Positions 15,161 to 29,309 are shown, numbered from the stretch's first letter. The stretch is DNA of 64,000 bases from the human T2T-CHM13v2.0 reference genome, Homo sapiens (GCA_009914755.4 CP068257.2:14592001-14656000), one strand, 5' to 3'. Notes: generated by a model not told the origin, from the sequence alone. A program made the numbers and translations.

Positions 15161-17235
15161 TGATAAGCATTTTAAACATATTTTTAAAAAATTATATAAA
15201 TTTAGGGGTACAAATGGAGTTTTGTTACATGGATATACCGCATAGTGGTGAAATCTGGGCTTTTAATACAACCCTGTAATATCAGTTTTGTCAAACTCTT
15301 ATCAGTCCCACAGTTTATGAAGAGTTTTGAAGTTTTGTTATGGTGTGGATTACAGAATTGTAATATTGTCGTTAACACCTATAGGTCTTTTCAATGACCA
15401 TAAAAAAGTTTGGAACCTGTATTCATTAAGGAAGAATTTCACTAACCTCAGAAGGAATGAGATATGGTTCTGAGACAGAGAGACCCTGATGAACTCTAAT
15501 ACACAATGGTAGTTCCAGCATAAGCATAATCATATATGGACAAGCTAATTTCATTCCACCCTTATGGAAATCTGCCAAACTCCACTATACTTTCAATTGC
15601 AATAAAATAGCTTCAGGCAAATCTGACTTTTTATCTACTTCTTTGTGTACTGTAAAAATAAAACTAAAACAAGTTTTTACTCTGAAAAGCTTGTCGTTTC
15701 AAAATGTATAGTATTAATAACTATGAAGCCATACAGTTATCACTACCATTACTTGGTGTTTATTTTCATTTATTTTTTCCTGGGTATTGATTTTGCATAG
15801 TTGGAATCATAGCACAAAATAATTTTGTCCATTTTTATATAAAAGGGCTATTAACCTTTGTTAATTTCATTCCAGTTTGGTAATTGGCTTCCACTTCATT
15901 ACTGTTATATGGATGTTTATATAACTGTGATAATTGCTTGCGTGCAAGACAGAGTAAAGAAATGAGAAGTTTTACAAATTTGTAAAATTTGTGTCAGTGA
16001 TTGAGCCTAAAATGGAATCTTTACTTCAGCATATTTGACCCTTAGACTTTTTAATGTTTATGAAAACAATTACTAAAATTATCCCCATTTTCTACTTGAT
16101 CCAGTGTACCTCATGGAAAGTTAAATATGTTTGAAGGTAGTGAAAGTCTCAGCAAGACAAATGCCATAAAATGATTCTAATATTGCATTCAAATGTTTCT
16201 ATCATGTATATAGATATGTATGTGGGTGGTCTGAATGTATGTGTATGTATATGGAAAGAGAGAAATGATTCATAATAGATTTTACATTGAAATGTACTAA
16301 GCAAAATAATAGAAAAGCATGCTGCAGAATATAAAAGCAATAGAGACAAGCAATAAAAAAAAAAGAAAATGTACATATCAGAAATAAAACCCACTACATG
16401 CTTCTGTATATTTGTGAATAACCAGTACTCACTGTCATGTACCAATTAAAAATAATAGGAAATTTTATAAACCCTATAAATATTGTGTTTAACTTTTTAT
16501 AATATAGGACTTCAATAGAAAATAGACTGCATAAATTACCTTTTATAGAAGTTTAGTTGTTAATGATCATTTTTAGGGTCTCATCCAGAGAGGTTCAACA
16601 CATTGTTATGGCTGATTTAAATTATGATTACAATTATGAAATATTGTGTCTGTGAAGTTCAAAAATTTACATACCACAGTCAGCAGTGAAATCTATTAGA
16701 AGCTCTAGTGCGTTTGTAGGTCTAATGTGAATTGATATACTGGTTCAATTTTAAAACATGTTAATTCAGTCCCCTGTGCCATGCCACTGGGATTAATATT
16801 ATTATAATATGTCATATCACTTAAAATTAAATTATGGTATACTCTTTTGTGATAAAAATTAACTAAAGTGCATGAAATTGTTTCTGAGTCTCTAACAAAA
16901 TTACACATTCCTTCGTTTTACGTAATTTAAAATAATATGAAAAATGTCAATATTTGGAGCTAACCTCACATCATTCAAATTATAGCTAAAAACATAGAAT
17001 TGCTACATTATTTCTTAGATTAAACATACTTTTCCTTAATGTGAAATTGATATTGAAATGTCATCTAGACAATGCTATGGATATCTACAGCTTTTTAAGT
17101 TTGCATCCGTTCTAATAGATTATTTGAAATGAATAATCATCAGCTTCTTTGAGACAGTAGGGGAAATCAGAAACTTCACAGATGTTTAGTGATCTTCCAA
17201 GGACAAAATAATAGAAGTAATTTAAATTGCTAACG

Positions 17236-17605
17236 TATTGGTCTGTTTTCGTGTTACCATAAAGATACTACCTGAGACTGGGTAATTTATAAAGGAAAGA
17301 GGTTTAATTGACTCACAGTTTCTCATGGCCGGAGAGGCCTCAGGAAACTTACAATCATGGTGGAAGGGGAAGGGGAAGCAGGTCACACCTTACATGGTGG
17401 CAGGAGAGAGAGAGAAAAAGACGGCAGGGAAACCTGCCATTTTTAAAACCATCAGATCTCATGAGAACTCCCTCATTATAAGGAGAACAGTATGGGGGAA
17501 ACTGCCCCCATGATGCAATTACCTTCTGCCAGGTTGCTCCCTTGACTTATGGGGATGACAATTCGAGGTGAGATTTGCTTGGGGACACAGAGCCAAATCA
17601 TATCA
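17236..17605 (-). mobile_element. THE1-type (ERVL-MaLR) solo LTR, minus orientation
   Basis: The element contains tattggtctgttttcgtgttaccataaagatactacctgagactgggtaatttataaaggaaagaggtttaattgactcacagtttctcatggccggagaggcctcaggaaacttacaatcatggtggaaggggaaggggaagcag...gagatttgcttggggacacagagccaaatcatatca. This is the reverse complement of the THE1 consensus TGATATGGTTTGGCTGTGTCCCCACCCAAATCTCA...CTAATACA. Confidence 0.8.
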
Positions 17606-18077
17606 ACTAGTTTGTCATTTGGATTATAGCACTCATTGGGAGGCACAGTATATTATGTAACTTTGAAGTATAACTTTCAGTTAATTTTTTTTTTTTATCA
17701 TTGCATTTGTACACATTTTTGCCAGGGAGGCTAAAACATAGGTTAGGTACCAATATTTAAATCTATGGACTGCTTTCCACTGGGGGATACGTATTTTCAA
17801 CGGTAAATAAAAGAAAATAATTTTCATTTCATAGTCCCTTAAATTTTACTTGGAGAATAGATTGCCTGGTAATCACTCTATCACTCCTGTCTCTTTTCTT
17901 AGAAGCAGGCAAAGTTGCCCAGCTACCATAGTGTGGACCTTATGGGACAGCTCTGGATATGTATGTCACTGATACCCTTGTTCACTGTCAGGTTGACAGA
18001 CCTGATGGAGGTACTCTGTACCAACTGTATCACAGGATTTTCCTGCAAATTGATATCAATCTATCAATTGAATAGAA

Positions 18078-18212
18078 TTGAATATTGAATATCCAATTCC
18101 CCTCCCTAACATAATAAAATACACTAGTAACGGAATTTCAGTCCCCCTGGAAGAGAGAAGACATTTTGGGGCTGGTATTATACTTAGGACCTTCCACCAA
18201 TGAGTCCCTCCA
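18078..18212 (+). repeat. Copy 1 of a roughly 135-bp direct duplication, about 90% identical to 19696-19825
   Basis: Copy 1 reads aatattgaatatccaattcccctccctaacataataaaatacactagtaacggaatttcagtccccctggaagagagaagacattttggggctggtattatacttaggaccttccaccaatgagtccctccacg. Confidence 0.8.
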
Positions 18213-19695
18213 CGTTAAAAATTGTCAGTAAGAGTATCAAATAGATCACTTATATTAGCATTTCTTCTTCCTTCTACTGTGTAAAGTCATCAAAGATCAT
18301 TTTGAAGACTGATTCATATATTATTAAATGTAGTATTATTTTACTATTTTTTACTAAATTTGGGAAATGACTCAGAACTCTTTAATAATTTTGAGAGGTA
18401 TGAAAAATAAAAGTTTTTTTCCCCATATTTTTGTGTTGGTAGCCCTCTTTAAAATAGAAAGTATGAATTTATTTAAGCCAGATCAACCCAGCAAAAAACA
18501 ACAAAAAAAGACTTTTGACTTTATCTTGTGTTATTTTTGTTACTGCTGGTGGAGAATTTGTTTCTCAATTCTTCCACTTATTTTTATAAACATGAATAAG
18601 TTCCTCATTGAAAAAAGTTCCTGTATTTCTATTTTTTAGTGCTACCACGTAACTTATTTTGAGTGTGACATTTGCCAAAATAAATAGTTCCAATAAAGTT
18701 CCAATGAATACTTGTTCACAAGTATGTCCAGCATGTCATCTATGCTAAATAGTTTCTTTAAATGTCATTTCTTCTCCAATCATACTAGGTACTAAATCAT
18801 CTCTATTTTTTACTGCCACTGGAATAAGTTACATGTACTTCAGTTTACATCTATCTGGTATATTATTAATGGCAATTGATGGCTTAGGAATGAAAAGTTT
18901 TGTGATTAAAACTTAGGTTTAGCCCGATATGAGAGGCACCAACATGAGTGTTAATACAATAGATAGGTTATCATAAATTATTGCTCTTAAAATGTCAAAT
19001 TTGTTAATTCCATCGAAAGAAATAGCTTGAAAAAAAGAAAGCTAGCCAATTGCCTTTCACTGAAATGTATTGGTTTATCTGTAGAATAAACAGAATTAGT
19101 TTCCCTTCGTTTGAAGATTTTGTGGGAAATACATTTCATTCATTGTGTCCCATCCTGAAGTATGCTAGTCTATGATTTTTATTATGCCACCTTACAGAAA
19201 TTATAGAATACAAAACAGATATAATCTCCTTTTTGTGCAGAGAATAAATAGAAATGCATATAGAAATATAAATATTAAATAATCCAGAACTACATAAAAA
19301 GCAAGTCCAATTCATTCAACATACTTGTGTATTACTCACTGATAATATCCATGAATTGGACTATTTTTCTCCAACTCACCTGTCTCATGCTACACAGGAG
19401 CCTATTTTGAATGTTTCCTGTGGGAAAGAAACCTCATGCATTCATTTCAATTAAGGCAGTGATTCTCAACTGGGGGATTGGTTGTATAGTTTATAATAGT
19501 AATGGTACAGAGAATTTCTACTATACAGAAATGTTAGTGATAGAATCCTTAATGATGTTAAACTGTTGATGGAAGTATGTCATGTCTGTCAGGATTCTGA
19601 GATGGAAAAAGATTGGCAAATACTGAACTATAATATTGGTCACTGGTAGTAGCTTGGAAAATTCTCTTCTAGGAATTTTGCATTTGATAGGGAAT

Positions 19696-19825
19696 CATTG
19701 AATATCCAATTCCCCTCTCTAACATAATAAAATACACTAGTAAGGGAATTTCAGTCCCCCTTGAAGAGAGAAGACATTTTGGGGCTGGTATTATACTTAG
19801 GATCTTGCCACCCATGAGTTCCTAC
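19696..19825 (+). repeat. Copy 2 of the roughly 135-bp direct duplication
   Basis: Copy 2 reads cattgaatatccaattcccctctctaacataataaaatacactagtaagggaatttcagtcccccttgaagagagaagacattttggggctggtattatacttaggatcttgccacccatgagttcctacatc. Confidence 0.8.
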
Positions 19826-22800
19826 ATCAGGTACATGTTTACTTGACATTCAGTCATGAGATTCCTGGGCCAATCTCCACACTAACATGCACAGTTGTGT
19901 GTATAGACGAGACACATACATAGTAGGCTTAAGAGCAAATGCCTACCTTTTCCTCTGTTTTCAACTCAAAGTGTTGGTCCTGGGTAAACAAAAGTTTTGA
20001 TTATACAGTTTTTATCAGTAGATACCCCCAATTTTTTTTCCATCTGATCTCAAATGATTCATTGCCTACCAATAAAAATAGACTGTCCACTGGCAGTAAC
20101 TTCAGATCTAATATTTATCAATTGTTTAACAGTGTTGTGGGATAATTCCGCCGTATTGTTTACTATTTCTCTTTTCCCCAAGATCAGATATGTTTGTCTC
20201 TAGTTGCATATATTTAAAACTTTCTAGTTTATATTTTCAATACGAAGACATATTTAAATACATTAATTTCCATAGCCTGAATTAGAGTAGCATTTGTAAT
20301 AGCATTTTCATCTCAGTTGATATTGATTTTCTAAAATACATTTGCCTCAGAAACATTCTTTTTTTCATTTGGCATTTTCTTTACATTGAAAATTGAAGAA
20401 ATGCAGTCATTAAATTATCATTTTCATTTAACTGGATCTTGTTCAAATTTCAATCAGGTGTTCTACAAAAAGTTAATAGTTTACCAGACATTTTCACATT
20501 TCTACTGTATGCAATGGGCTATTAGTTTTTTTTTAAAAAGAGAAAGCTTACACTTTTTCTCTCTATGATTTGGCTTCATTTATTGCAAAAGATTGCAAAG
20601 TAATTGAAGGAAAATGAAAACTAAATGAAATAATTAAATAAGCAATCTAATTTCTAGGTGTTAATTCAATTCTTTTTCTAAGCAATTTTCTGTATTTTAA
20701 ACTTCATTTGCTTTCTATCTACTTTTTGCCTGCAGGCTTAGATGTCTCAAATTATGGGATGGATACATCCCTTAGTACTTAGCATGATGACACAGGGGAA
20801 AATGCCACTCAGAGGACTAGACTAACACATTTAACAGTTATTTCATTATTTGGTGGCCTCAAACTCCAGATGGCCATATCTAGTTGATTTTATTGTCTTT
20901 GTCGATTAAATACCTGTATTGTAAAATTGTATGACTATAAAAGGATAAATTTTGATTTACTAAAGGTGATCTTCTGAGATATTTTGAGGAAAAGAGGTAG
21001 TATACCAAAATGGAAATACTACGCAAGGTAAGTGAAAACCTTTTTAATGTATCTTGGTCAGTAAATTAAACCAAGTTTATATTGATGCCGTTGCCAAATT
21101 TCCATGTCTTTTACCAACACAGGTTCAAATCTGGAAAAAACATTTACTGAAGAATTCACTGATTTGGCTTGTAAAAGCCTTTTCTATAAACCATAGGATC
21201 AATTGTCAGTCCTGTCTTGAATGATTACTTATCTCTAAAGCTAACAGAGTTGCTATTTAAGCTGAATACCTTCCTTAAAAGCAAGAAAGATAAGTAGGAG
21301 TACACAGGACACTGTTTGTTAGCATTATAACAAATATCCTCCAGCATAAGTGATCAGGATGTTAAATTTATGGTAATTGAATTCAAGAATTTTTGTCAGA
21401 AAAGTATTTTCAGATATGAATAGGTAAATTCTTAGCAAGCTAGTCTTCTTTGGAAGGTGCTTATATTTGAATAAAAAGGATTTCTTTAAAAAAATTGCTT
21501 TTAGGATGCCATTTAAAAGAAATAGGCAAACTTCAGAAGCCTTAATGGATTTCTTACAGAAAACAAACCCTCCATAAAATTCCACCTTAGCTTCTTGCAG
21601 CCCTGAATTCATGAGATGTTAACTAAATTAACCTTGACTGTCTTTTATTGGTCTGTTTAAAAAATTAGAAATAATTAATTTAAATTGTCATTGCTTGGTT
21701 CTAAATATCTTTGCTGGCCATGTCTATAGAGAGTAGGGGAGCATTTTTGAAGATAATCATTAGCAAATTTCCTAGATTCTTCCTTACTACTGATTGCTTT
21801 ATTATAAATCTAATATTCATAGTTTGATTATATTAATGCGATCTTGTTTTCTTAATCTAACTGCATGAAAACATACATGGAATGACAGATCTACCTGTCA
21901 TTTACAACATACTTAGGAGATTGACCAATTTCTAAATAGTGGCCTAATTAAGAAATAATGGACATTAAATCAAACTGTGTGTATATGTATCTTCACATGT
22001 TTGTAAATTATCACTGTGGCAAGTTCTTTATAGCACATCAAAGATCTAGTTCTTTATCACTCCTCTGCCCTTGGAGTTTTTATGCATACCTTTGCTTCTC
22101 TGTGGCTAAGCACATACCCTTAAATTATATGATTGCATGTGGCAGCAGTCTCTCTTATCGACATCTTGAAGACGGATCAAGTGAAGCTGGATTTGTGGAT
22201 TTTGCCTTCATTTGTGTCAGAAACCAATGCCCTCTCTCCTTTGGGAGCCAATGCCAGTTATGAACAAAAAGCCGTAAGCAGTTGTGTTTCCCCACTCCCA
22301 TATTCTAAGTGATCAGAATGTGGGATTTCAATGATTTATTGTCTTCCAAGGATAGGTACATTTCAGGTTTTTTAATCATGTTGAAAACTTCCAAAACCCA
22401 TTATTGCTGTATGATATTTACACGGTTCTTTACTCTGATAGGGCCTGTTTTATAAGGCTACCGTATCTAATAGTAAGCTTGCTTTTAATTGTGACAGTCT
22501 GAAAGCTTACTTTGAAAGCTGCTTCTAGAGAAACCTAATTATTCCTGGTTGGGAATGTTCTTCTGGTGATACCACTAGCCTCCTGGGTACTAAGCATGTC
22601 TGATGATAGGTGATTCATAAGCTCAATGTGACATTTCCCAATGAGTTGTTTTGTCACGGGTTATCCATTTTGTCAGACACGTTATTTCATCCTGAGCTTT
22701 AATGTGACTATCATGTTGCTGGGCAAGTAGCTGAGAGTGTCATATAGCTTGTCAAAACCGTAACACCATTTGAACCAGAATATGTAATTTTAAAATCAGA

Positions 22801-24155
22801 GCTGTGAAATTTAAACGAGGATCTTGCTAAGTCACAGCTAATTCCTTTCTTACTTGGTAACCTGGGGTCTAATGTAAGAGTATTAGGGTGCCGTCATCAG
22901 CCTTTGTAAATAAGTAAAATCAACTGAAGGACATAGTTTCTGGCTAGGGCAGGGTCTGTCACCTGTTCTGGGTTAAGTTACTGTGGGGTGCATTTGAAGA
23001 TTTGAAGAAAGCAGTCTGTTGAGATGACGAACTTCTTGAATCAACTGTGACATATGCAAAAACCCATCTGTGCTTTTTTGAGTATCATTCTAGTAGTCAT
23101 GCCTCTAGTGTTGCTTTACTTACTCTCCAAACATGAAAGTTAGCACATCTATTAAAAAGCAAATCTGTAATATTAGTAGAAATCATTCTGATATAGTAAC
23201 TTTGCATGTTCTATAAATTCAGAGGAGTAGAAGATTACAAAATTCCAACACCAATACAGCATAGCTATCAAAGCTGTTCTTAAAAATAGTTTGTTAATAT
23301 AACTACATTTTAAAATAAAATTAGAAGTTCTTTGTCCACATAGAATTCCCTTTAGTTAAATTATTTTGAAATTAGCTAGTAAAAAGGCATTTACAGAATT
23401 TGAATTAGTTGACAGCACAATTTTAATACATTCCTTTGTGTTGGTATTTGGAGTTTGTTTCCTTTTAAAATGATTATAAATATATAGATATACACACACA
23501 TATATATACACACACACATATATTTACACACACATAGATAATACATTATATTTACTATATATATGTATATTTGTGACAGTTACAAACTTTTCTGAAACAT
23601 GTATATATATATATAGTGGTGGTGCCTGAGTGTTTCTAAAATCATTGTAACAATACATTAAGCCAATTAGTAGTTGAATCAAAATAAAAAATGCAGAAAA
23701 AGAAAGACTTCATAAAAAAATAGTAAGCTTTGCAAATATTTAAATATAAAATTAATACTTAGCAATCAAGGGTAATATTGTAACAGAGGTGTACAAATGT
23801 TTAAACCTAAAGAAGATAAGTATAAGAATATTCATTTTAAAATTAGAAAGTACAAAGAGATGACGTAGGGACATGTAAACTGCTGATGTCTTCATATTTT
23901 ACAGAATCCTACAGAATTATACCCTGTATTATAGAGTTTTAAGATGGAAAATGACATCACTTCTTAATATTTTAAATAATTTCTTAAGCAAAAAGGAAAT
24001 TTAAAGAAATCATATCTTTGTTGGTAAAGAAATATTAGAAATTCACCACTATCTTTAGTGTTACTTCAGATTTATTTTGTTATAATCTATAAAAATTAAA
24101 TTTAAGACTTAAAAAAGTGTTTATAATGATTAAATATTCATAAATATATCATTTA

Positions 24156-24195
24156 CCATCCATCCATCCATCCATTCCTCCATCCATCCATATCT
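24156..24195. repeat. (CATC)n microsatellite
   Basis: The repeat ccatccatccatccatccattcctccatccatccatatc is directly visible. Confidence 0.85.
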
Positions 24196-24305
24196 ACGCA
24201 CAGAAAAATGCCTGAAATGAATTTCCCCTCATATCAATTCCAGTTATTTCTTTGTTAGGATTTTGTGTGTTTAAAAATATTTTGCTGTACTTAAATAATT
24301 TTTTG

Positions 24306-24308
<3 letters not shown>

Positions 24309-24339
<31 letters not shown>
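24309..24339. repeat. Poly-T homopolymer of about 31 nt
   Basis: An uninterrupted T run follows gaggtt. No recognisable SINE body follows it, so it may be the tail of a decayed retroposed copy. Confidence 0.8.
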
Positions 24340-24341
<2 letters not shown>

Positions 24342-26299
24342 AGTGAACGTGACTCCTAGTAGGAAAAGCAAGGAAGAACACTAATAAAAATATGCTAAGA
24401 TATTATTGATGGTTAACTCTAGTTGGTAAGAATATGTATGATATGGGTGCCCTTGTTTACTTCTTTAAACATTTTTAGTATCTTTTCAATTTTAGGAAAT
24501 ATAACTTTTAAAATTAAGAGAGACAAACCATGGTAGAACCTATTATTAGCAAAGTATGGTATTTAGAAGAAAAAATAATTGAATAAATTGTTTTCATAAT
24601 GTGGAGTTATGTGCTGCCTGTTAAGACAGCAATCCCAATAATGTTTCCATTCCTTTAGGAAACACATTATGAACCTTATAAAATCGGGTGGGATTTTCCA
24701 TAGGGATGAAATTCATTAGAGCAATGTCTGCATTCTATGAAAACATCTGGTGGTTTTGGTCATTCTGTCTTGTGTTTTGGCTTAATTTTCTACCACGTTG
24801 TAAGGCACAGTTTTAAGAATAATTCACACATTTTTCCATCCAGAGATTTTTGACCAAAAAAAGTATATTTATACTGATGGACTAAACAAGTTGCATTATA
24901 ACTGTGACAGTTACAAACTTTTCTGAAACATGTGTATAGTTTTTTTTTTTAATTTTAAAAGTAGATGTCACACCTAAAATGGATAGGTCCATTTCATTTT
25001 ATAAGGAAAGCACCCAGAAGGGTCCATATGTATTTGTGCTCGAAAAAGAAGTAATTGTGTGTGTCATTTCCGCCCCCTTTTTATCAATATTGCCTAATAA
25101 CAAGGAGAATCAGTAATAATAGAATTATTAATAGCAGTAATAGAATCAGTAGAATAAGAGTGGTAGAGTTAGTACTCATCAGTGAAAAACTAATCAACCT
25201 TATTACTTTGAAGGGAAATCTGGGAAGAAAGAGAATAGAATGAGGTACATGTTAGAAATGGAAATGGCGAAGTAAGTAATTTTTCTGATTTTCATAATTC
25301 TGTTTCACTAGTTAAATCTATTTCCACTTTTCTTTCCTTCCTTTATTTGGCTCGGTTCTCACTTTAGAAGGCAAAATTTTGATTATTTGCAAGAGTGCTC
25401 CCAACTCAAGTCTCTTAGTCAACATTTCCTTCCCTCAGGCTTCAGTCTATGATATTTCATGTAATAATTTGTAAAATATAGTTCTCATTGCGGGACTCCT
25501 CACTTCTATTTTAAGAAAAATAATTTCTATTGCTGCATGCATTCATTGATTTGAGATAAAATTTTATAAGTTTGTGGAAATCATTGAATAGGAACTTCTC
25601 AGTCAGCGCTGAAAGAAATTTTATGAATGAATAATACAATTCCCTCCTCCTAATGAAGGTATTGTACATCTCACATTTAGTTTATATTGATTGCTTTCTG
25701 ACATGGAAATAAAACAATCTTTATATTATGCAGAGTTCCTGTTAGTGGTACTATCAAGAATATAAATCTGCCCTTGTGACTTCTATTTCTATGCTTTTCT
25801 CCAACCTGAAGTAACCCCAACCAGGTTTTTAATTAAAGTAATGTGAGTCACTGAGTGTATCACCCCTTTTATGCATGATCAAGTTACCATAGCATAAATA
25901 TATTCCAACTCTTTTGTAAACTTGAATTTTATGGATAGGTAATAAAATTCTTCTTTCCAAAGTTTGCAGTTTTACTTCCACCTTTAAAAAATGTTGTAGT
26001 CTCTTGGCAGTGCTTATATAAAAATATGTGAAGTGTGGGTAATACTAGATATAGTATATAGATGTACTAGATATGGTTTGCAAAGGTGGACTTGGAAGCC
26101 ATTTTCATTTTTGGCCTATTTAGAAAATTAAATGATACTACTTTTTCCTATACAACTTATATTTGGTGGGATATTTTTATTTACTTAATTTGAAATTTTA
26201 GACTGAATAGTCTTAAACTTTCAGCATAAATATTCTATATTTTAATCAATGTTTCCTTGTATGTAGCATTTGTACAGTTAGTTTTTTGAAGTTTTTAAT

Positions 26300-26598
26300 T
26301 TTTTTTTTTGTTTGTTTGAGACAGTGTTTCACTCTTGTTGCCCAGACTGGAGTGCAATGGGCGACCTCGGCTCACTGCAACTTCCATCTCCCAGGTTCAA
26401 GCGATTCTACTGCCTCAGCCTCCCAAGTAGCTGGGATTACAGGCATGTGCCACCACGCCCAGCTAATTTTGTATTTATAGTAGAGATGGGATTTCACCCT
26501 GTTGGTCAGGCTGGTCTCAAACTCCTGACCTCAGGTGATCCGCTCACCTCAGCCTCCCAAAGTGCTGGGATTACAGGCGTGAGCCACCATTCTCAGCC
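26300..26598 (-). mobile_element. Alu SINE, full-length, minus orientation
   Basis: A poly-T run is followed by gtttgtttgagacagtgtttcactcttgttgcccagactggagtgcaatgggcgacctcggctcactgcaac and the element ends with cctcagcctcccaaagtgctgggattacaggcgtgagccaccattctcagcc. A possible short target-site duplication tgaag flanks it. Confidence 0.95.
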
Positions 26599-26724
26599 TG
26601 AAGAAGGTCTTTAAGAATATCAATGAACATTAATACCAGTAATATCAAATGTTAGCCACACATCATGAATATTACCATATATAAGCACAGATGGTAATAT
26701 CGGGTAGGGCTTAAGAGTGTGGTG

Positions 26725-26890
26725 TTTGGAGGCAGACCAACTTCCAACACTTACTGGCGTTATGACCTTTAACAAGCCTTCCCAAACCTCAGTTTATTCA
26801 TCTGTAAAGGTGAGAATAATTATATTACTGCCTCTTGGGTTTGAGGAGATTAGAGATAATGCAATTGCTGCAGGGCCTGACTCAAAGAAA
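26725..26890 (+). mobile_element. MIR SINE fragment (mammalian-wide interspersed repeat)
   Basis: The sequence ggaggcagaccaacttccaacacttactggcgttatgacctttaacaagccttcccaaacctcagtttattcatctgtaaaggtgagaataat matches the MIR core ...ctctgccacttactagctgtgtgaccttgggcaagtcacttaacctctctgagcctcagtttcctcatctgtaaaatgggg ataataata. Confidence 0.75.
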
Positions 26891-27410
26891 CCACTCTAAA
26901 ATGTTAACTAGTCTCATTAGTTATTCATTCATCAAATGACAAAATCTGTTTTGCTCAGTTCTAAATAGGAGGCCTCAAAACTTTTAGAGGATGGTTTAGG
27001 AACTTGAGTATAGTACACTAACCAAAGTTCTTGGCTATGGTCTTATACCAATTGAGGATTCTTCAGAAGGGCTTCGAAAATAGGCAGGTGTCTATGACAG
27101 GTCTGTCCATAGCTCAAATTATTTCAAAAAAATTCCTTGCGTTTTCCTTTTGTTCTGCCATAGAAGATGATTATTTTTTTTCTCCATGATGTTGTCTTGC
27201 TTTTCTGTTAGAGGGCTGTCATGTGGTGTGCTAAACTTTTAGATAGCCAGAGATTAGCTATCTAAAAGTTTCAGAATGACTGAAATAGTTATTTTTTCTT
27301 TCTTTCTGTTTTTATTATGTGTCTTTGCAAAGGTTTGTTGAGGGAAAATTACCAAATAAAGTTTGAAATAGTATTAGTACCTTTAAATGTTTTCTTTAAA
27401 ATATCTTAAC

Positions 27411-27462
27411 GATAGATAGATAGATGATAGATAGATAGATAGACAGATAGACATAGAGATAT
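27411..27462. repeat. (GATA)n microsatellite
   Basis: The repeat gatagatagatagatgatagatagatagatagacagatagacatagagatatat is directly visible. Confidence 0.9.
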
Positions 27463-29045
27463 ATGGAATGCTTCATTACGCATACTAGACACTTGTTGAT
27501 TTTTTAAAAGGAAATGAATTTAGAAAGCAATTTTCCTCGAAACCAGTTTTTTTCTTCTTTGGTAAAGGATAAGTCATTCTTACAACTCTCAATGATGCAA
27601 GGTGAAATTTATCCAATTTTAAGTAGGGATGCTAAATAATGTAGAGAAGACACAAGCACTTGTTTTGGAGACAGAATATTTGCCCTCTGGGCCCAGATGT
27701 GCCATTTAAAATTGAGTGTTCTTTCATTCATTTATTCATTCTTGCCCTTGTTTGGTAAAGGGTATTGGGAAAGATCTGTAATTAAAGATAAAAGTGTAAA
27801 AAGAAAGAAAAATTGCCTTGAAAACAAAACAAAAGTGCCAGCAACGGGGCTAAAAAGATAACATAATGTTATATGCCCTTGCTATAAATAGGTCATAATT
27901 TTTGTTTCAAGATTTCTAGCAGCCAATGCAAAAAAGGAAATCCTGGTGAAATTACACAAGTTTAGGATATCTTCCAGACCACGAATCAACCAGTCACAAA
28001 GAATATGAATACTTATTTTCTTAATATTAGGAACAGAAATCTCCCATGGGTCCTAGTAAGGAGAACATGGAAAGTAAGTGATTACGTCAATTGTAGTATC
28101 TTTTAAAAGCAGTATTGAGTTTTATAAGGAAGTCACTTCTTCTTCAGCCTATACACTTCCATAATTTGGAGATGTTTGGGCTTCCTTTAAGGTTCCTTTC
28201 AGTTTCAACATACGTGACTCTAAGCTGGAACCCGTTGAGATCAGTGAGTTGTTAAATGTGAACATGATCAAACTGAATTAAAAAGCTGTTAAGAAATTAG
28301 ATATCTCATCTTCAGTTTTTGGACTTTATGATTTTTCTTTCCATTCCTAATGTTTTTTCTATCACAGAAAAAAAGTCTCATGGTAACTGCTTTTAATTTT
28401 GACTATTTTCTATTCTTCCAAGAAAATCATTTATTTTAAACATACAACTTATCTTTTTTAGCATATTCTGATTGATGCAAATACTCTTGTATAACTTTCA
28501 ATAGTCAATGAAATATTGGATAAAATGTATTTCTAAGAAGATAGCCATATATGTGTACTTTTTCAAAATTGCTGCTTTTTGCCTATTATTGTTTGCTCGT
28601 TTGTCTTTTGGTTTTGCCTTACTATAATAGAAGACTTATTAGTTATATTTAACTTTCCTCCTTTGAGGAACTAATCATTATCCAACTTAATTCATAAACT
28701 TCACAGATGGCATTTCTTCTTAACTTAGAACTATTTTTGCCTTACTATTCTGATTCTTTCTTCTATAAGACAGCCTCATGAAACCTAAACACCCAACATG
28801 GAAATATTAGATGGCAAATATGTTTTCCATTTTGTTTGGCCTTAATTTTATTCAGGTAAATAATTGGGTTGTGCTTAACTTACATGGAATACTGCAGTTT
28901 ATATGATGTGTCATAACATCAAAGCTAAATTAAGGAACAAGGGAGAGAGTTGTGCTTTTTTCCAAACTAGTACAACTTATAATGTTATGCTGTTTTTTAA
29001 AATTATTGTCAGTCTTGTTTCTCTTATAGCACAAGGTCTCTCTTA

Positions 29046-29309
<264 letters not shown>

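Noticed and set aside
15195-15300. The sequence aatttaggggtacaaatggagttttgttacatggatataccgcatagtggtgaaatctgggcttttaat, which resembles a high-copy primate repeat (L1-associated 'ggtacaagtgcaggtttgttacatgg' type).
   Set aside because: I could not align it confidently to a consensus from memory, so it is left unannotated.
24309-24339. A 31-nt poly-T run followed by gcagtgaacgtgactcctagtagg, considered as the tail of a minus-strand SINE, SVA or processed pseudogene.
   Set aside because: The downstream sequence matches no Alu, SVA or L1 3' end I can recognise, so it is recorded only as a homopolymer.
27411-27462. A regularly spaced short repeat, considered as a CRISPR-like array.
   Set aside because: It is a 4-bp (GATA)n microsatellite with no spacers, in eukaryotic DNA.
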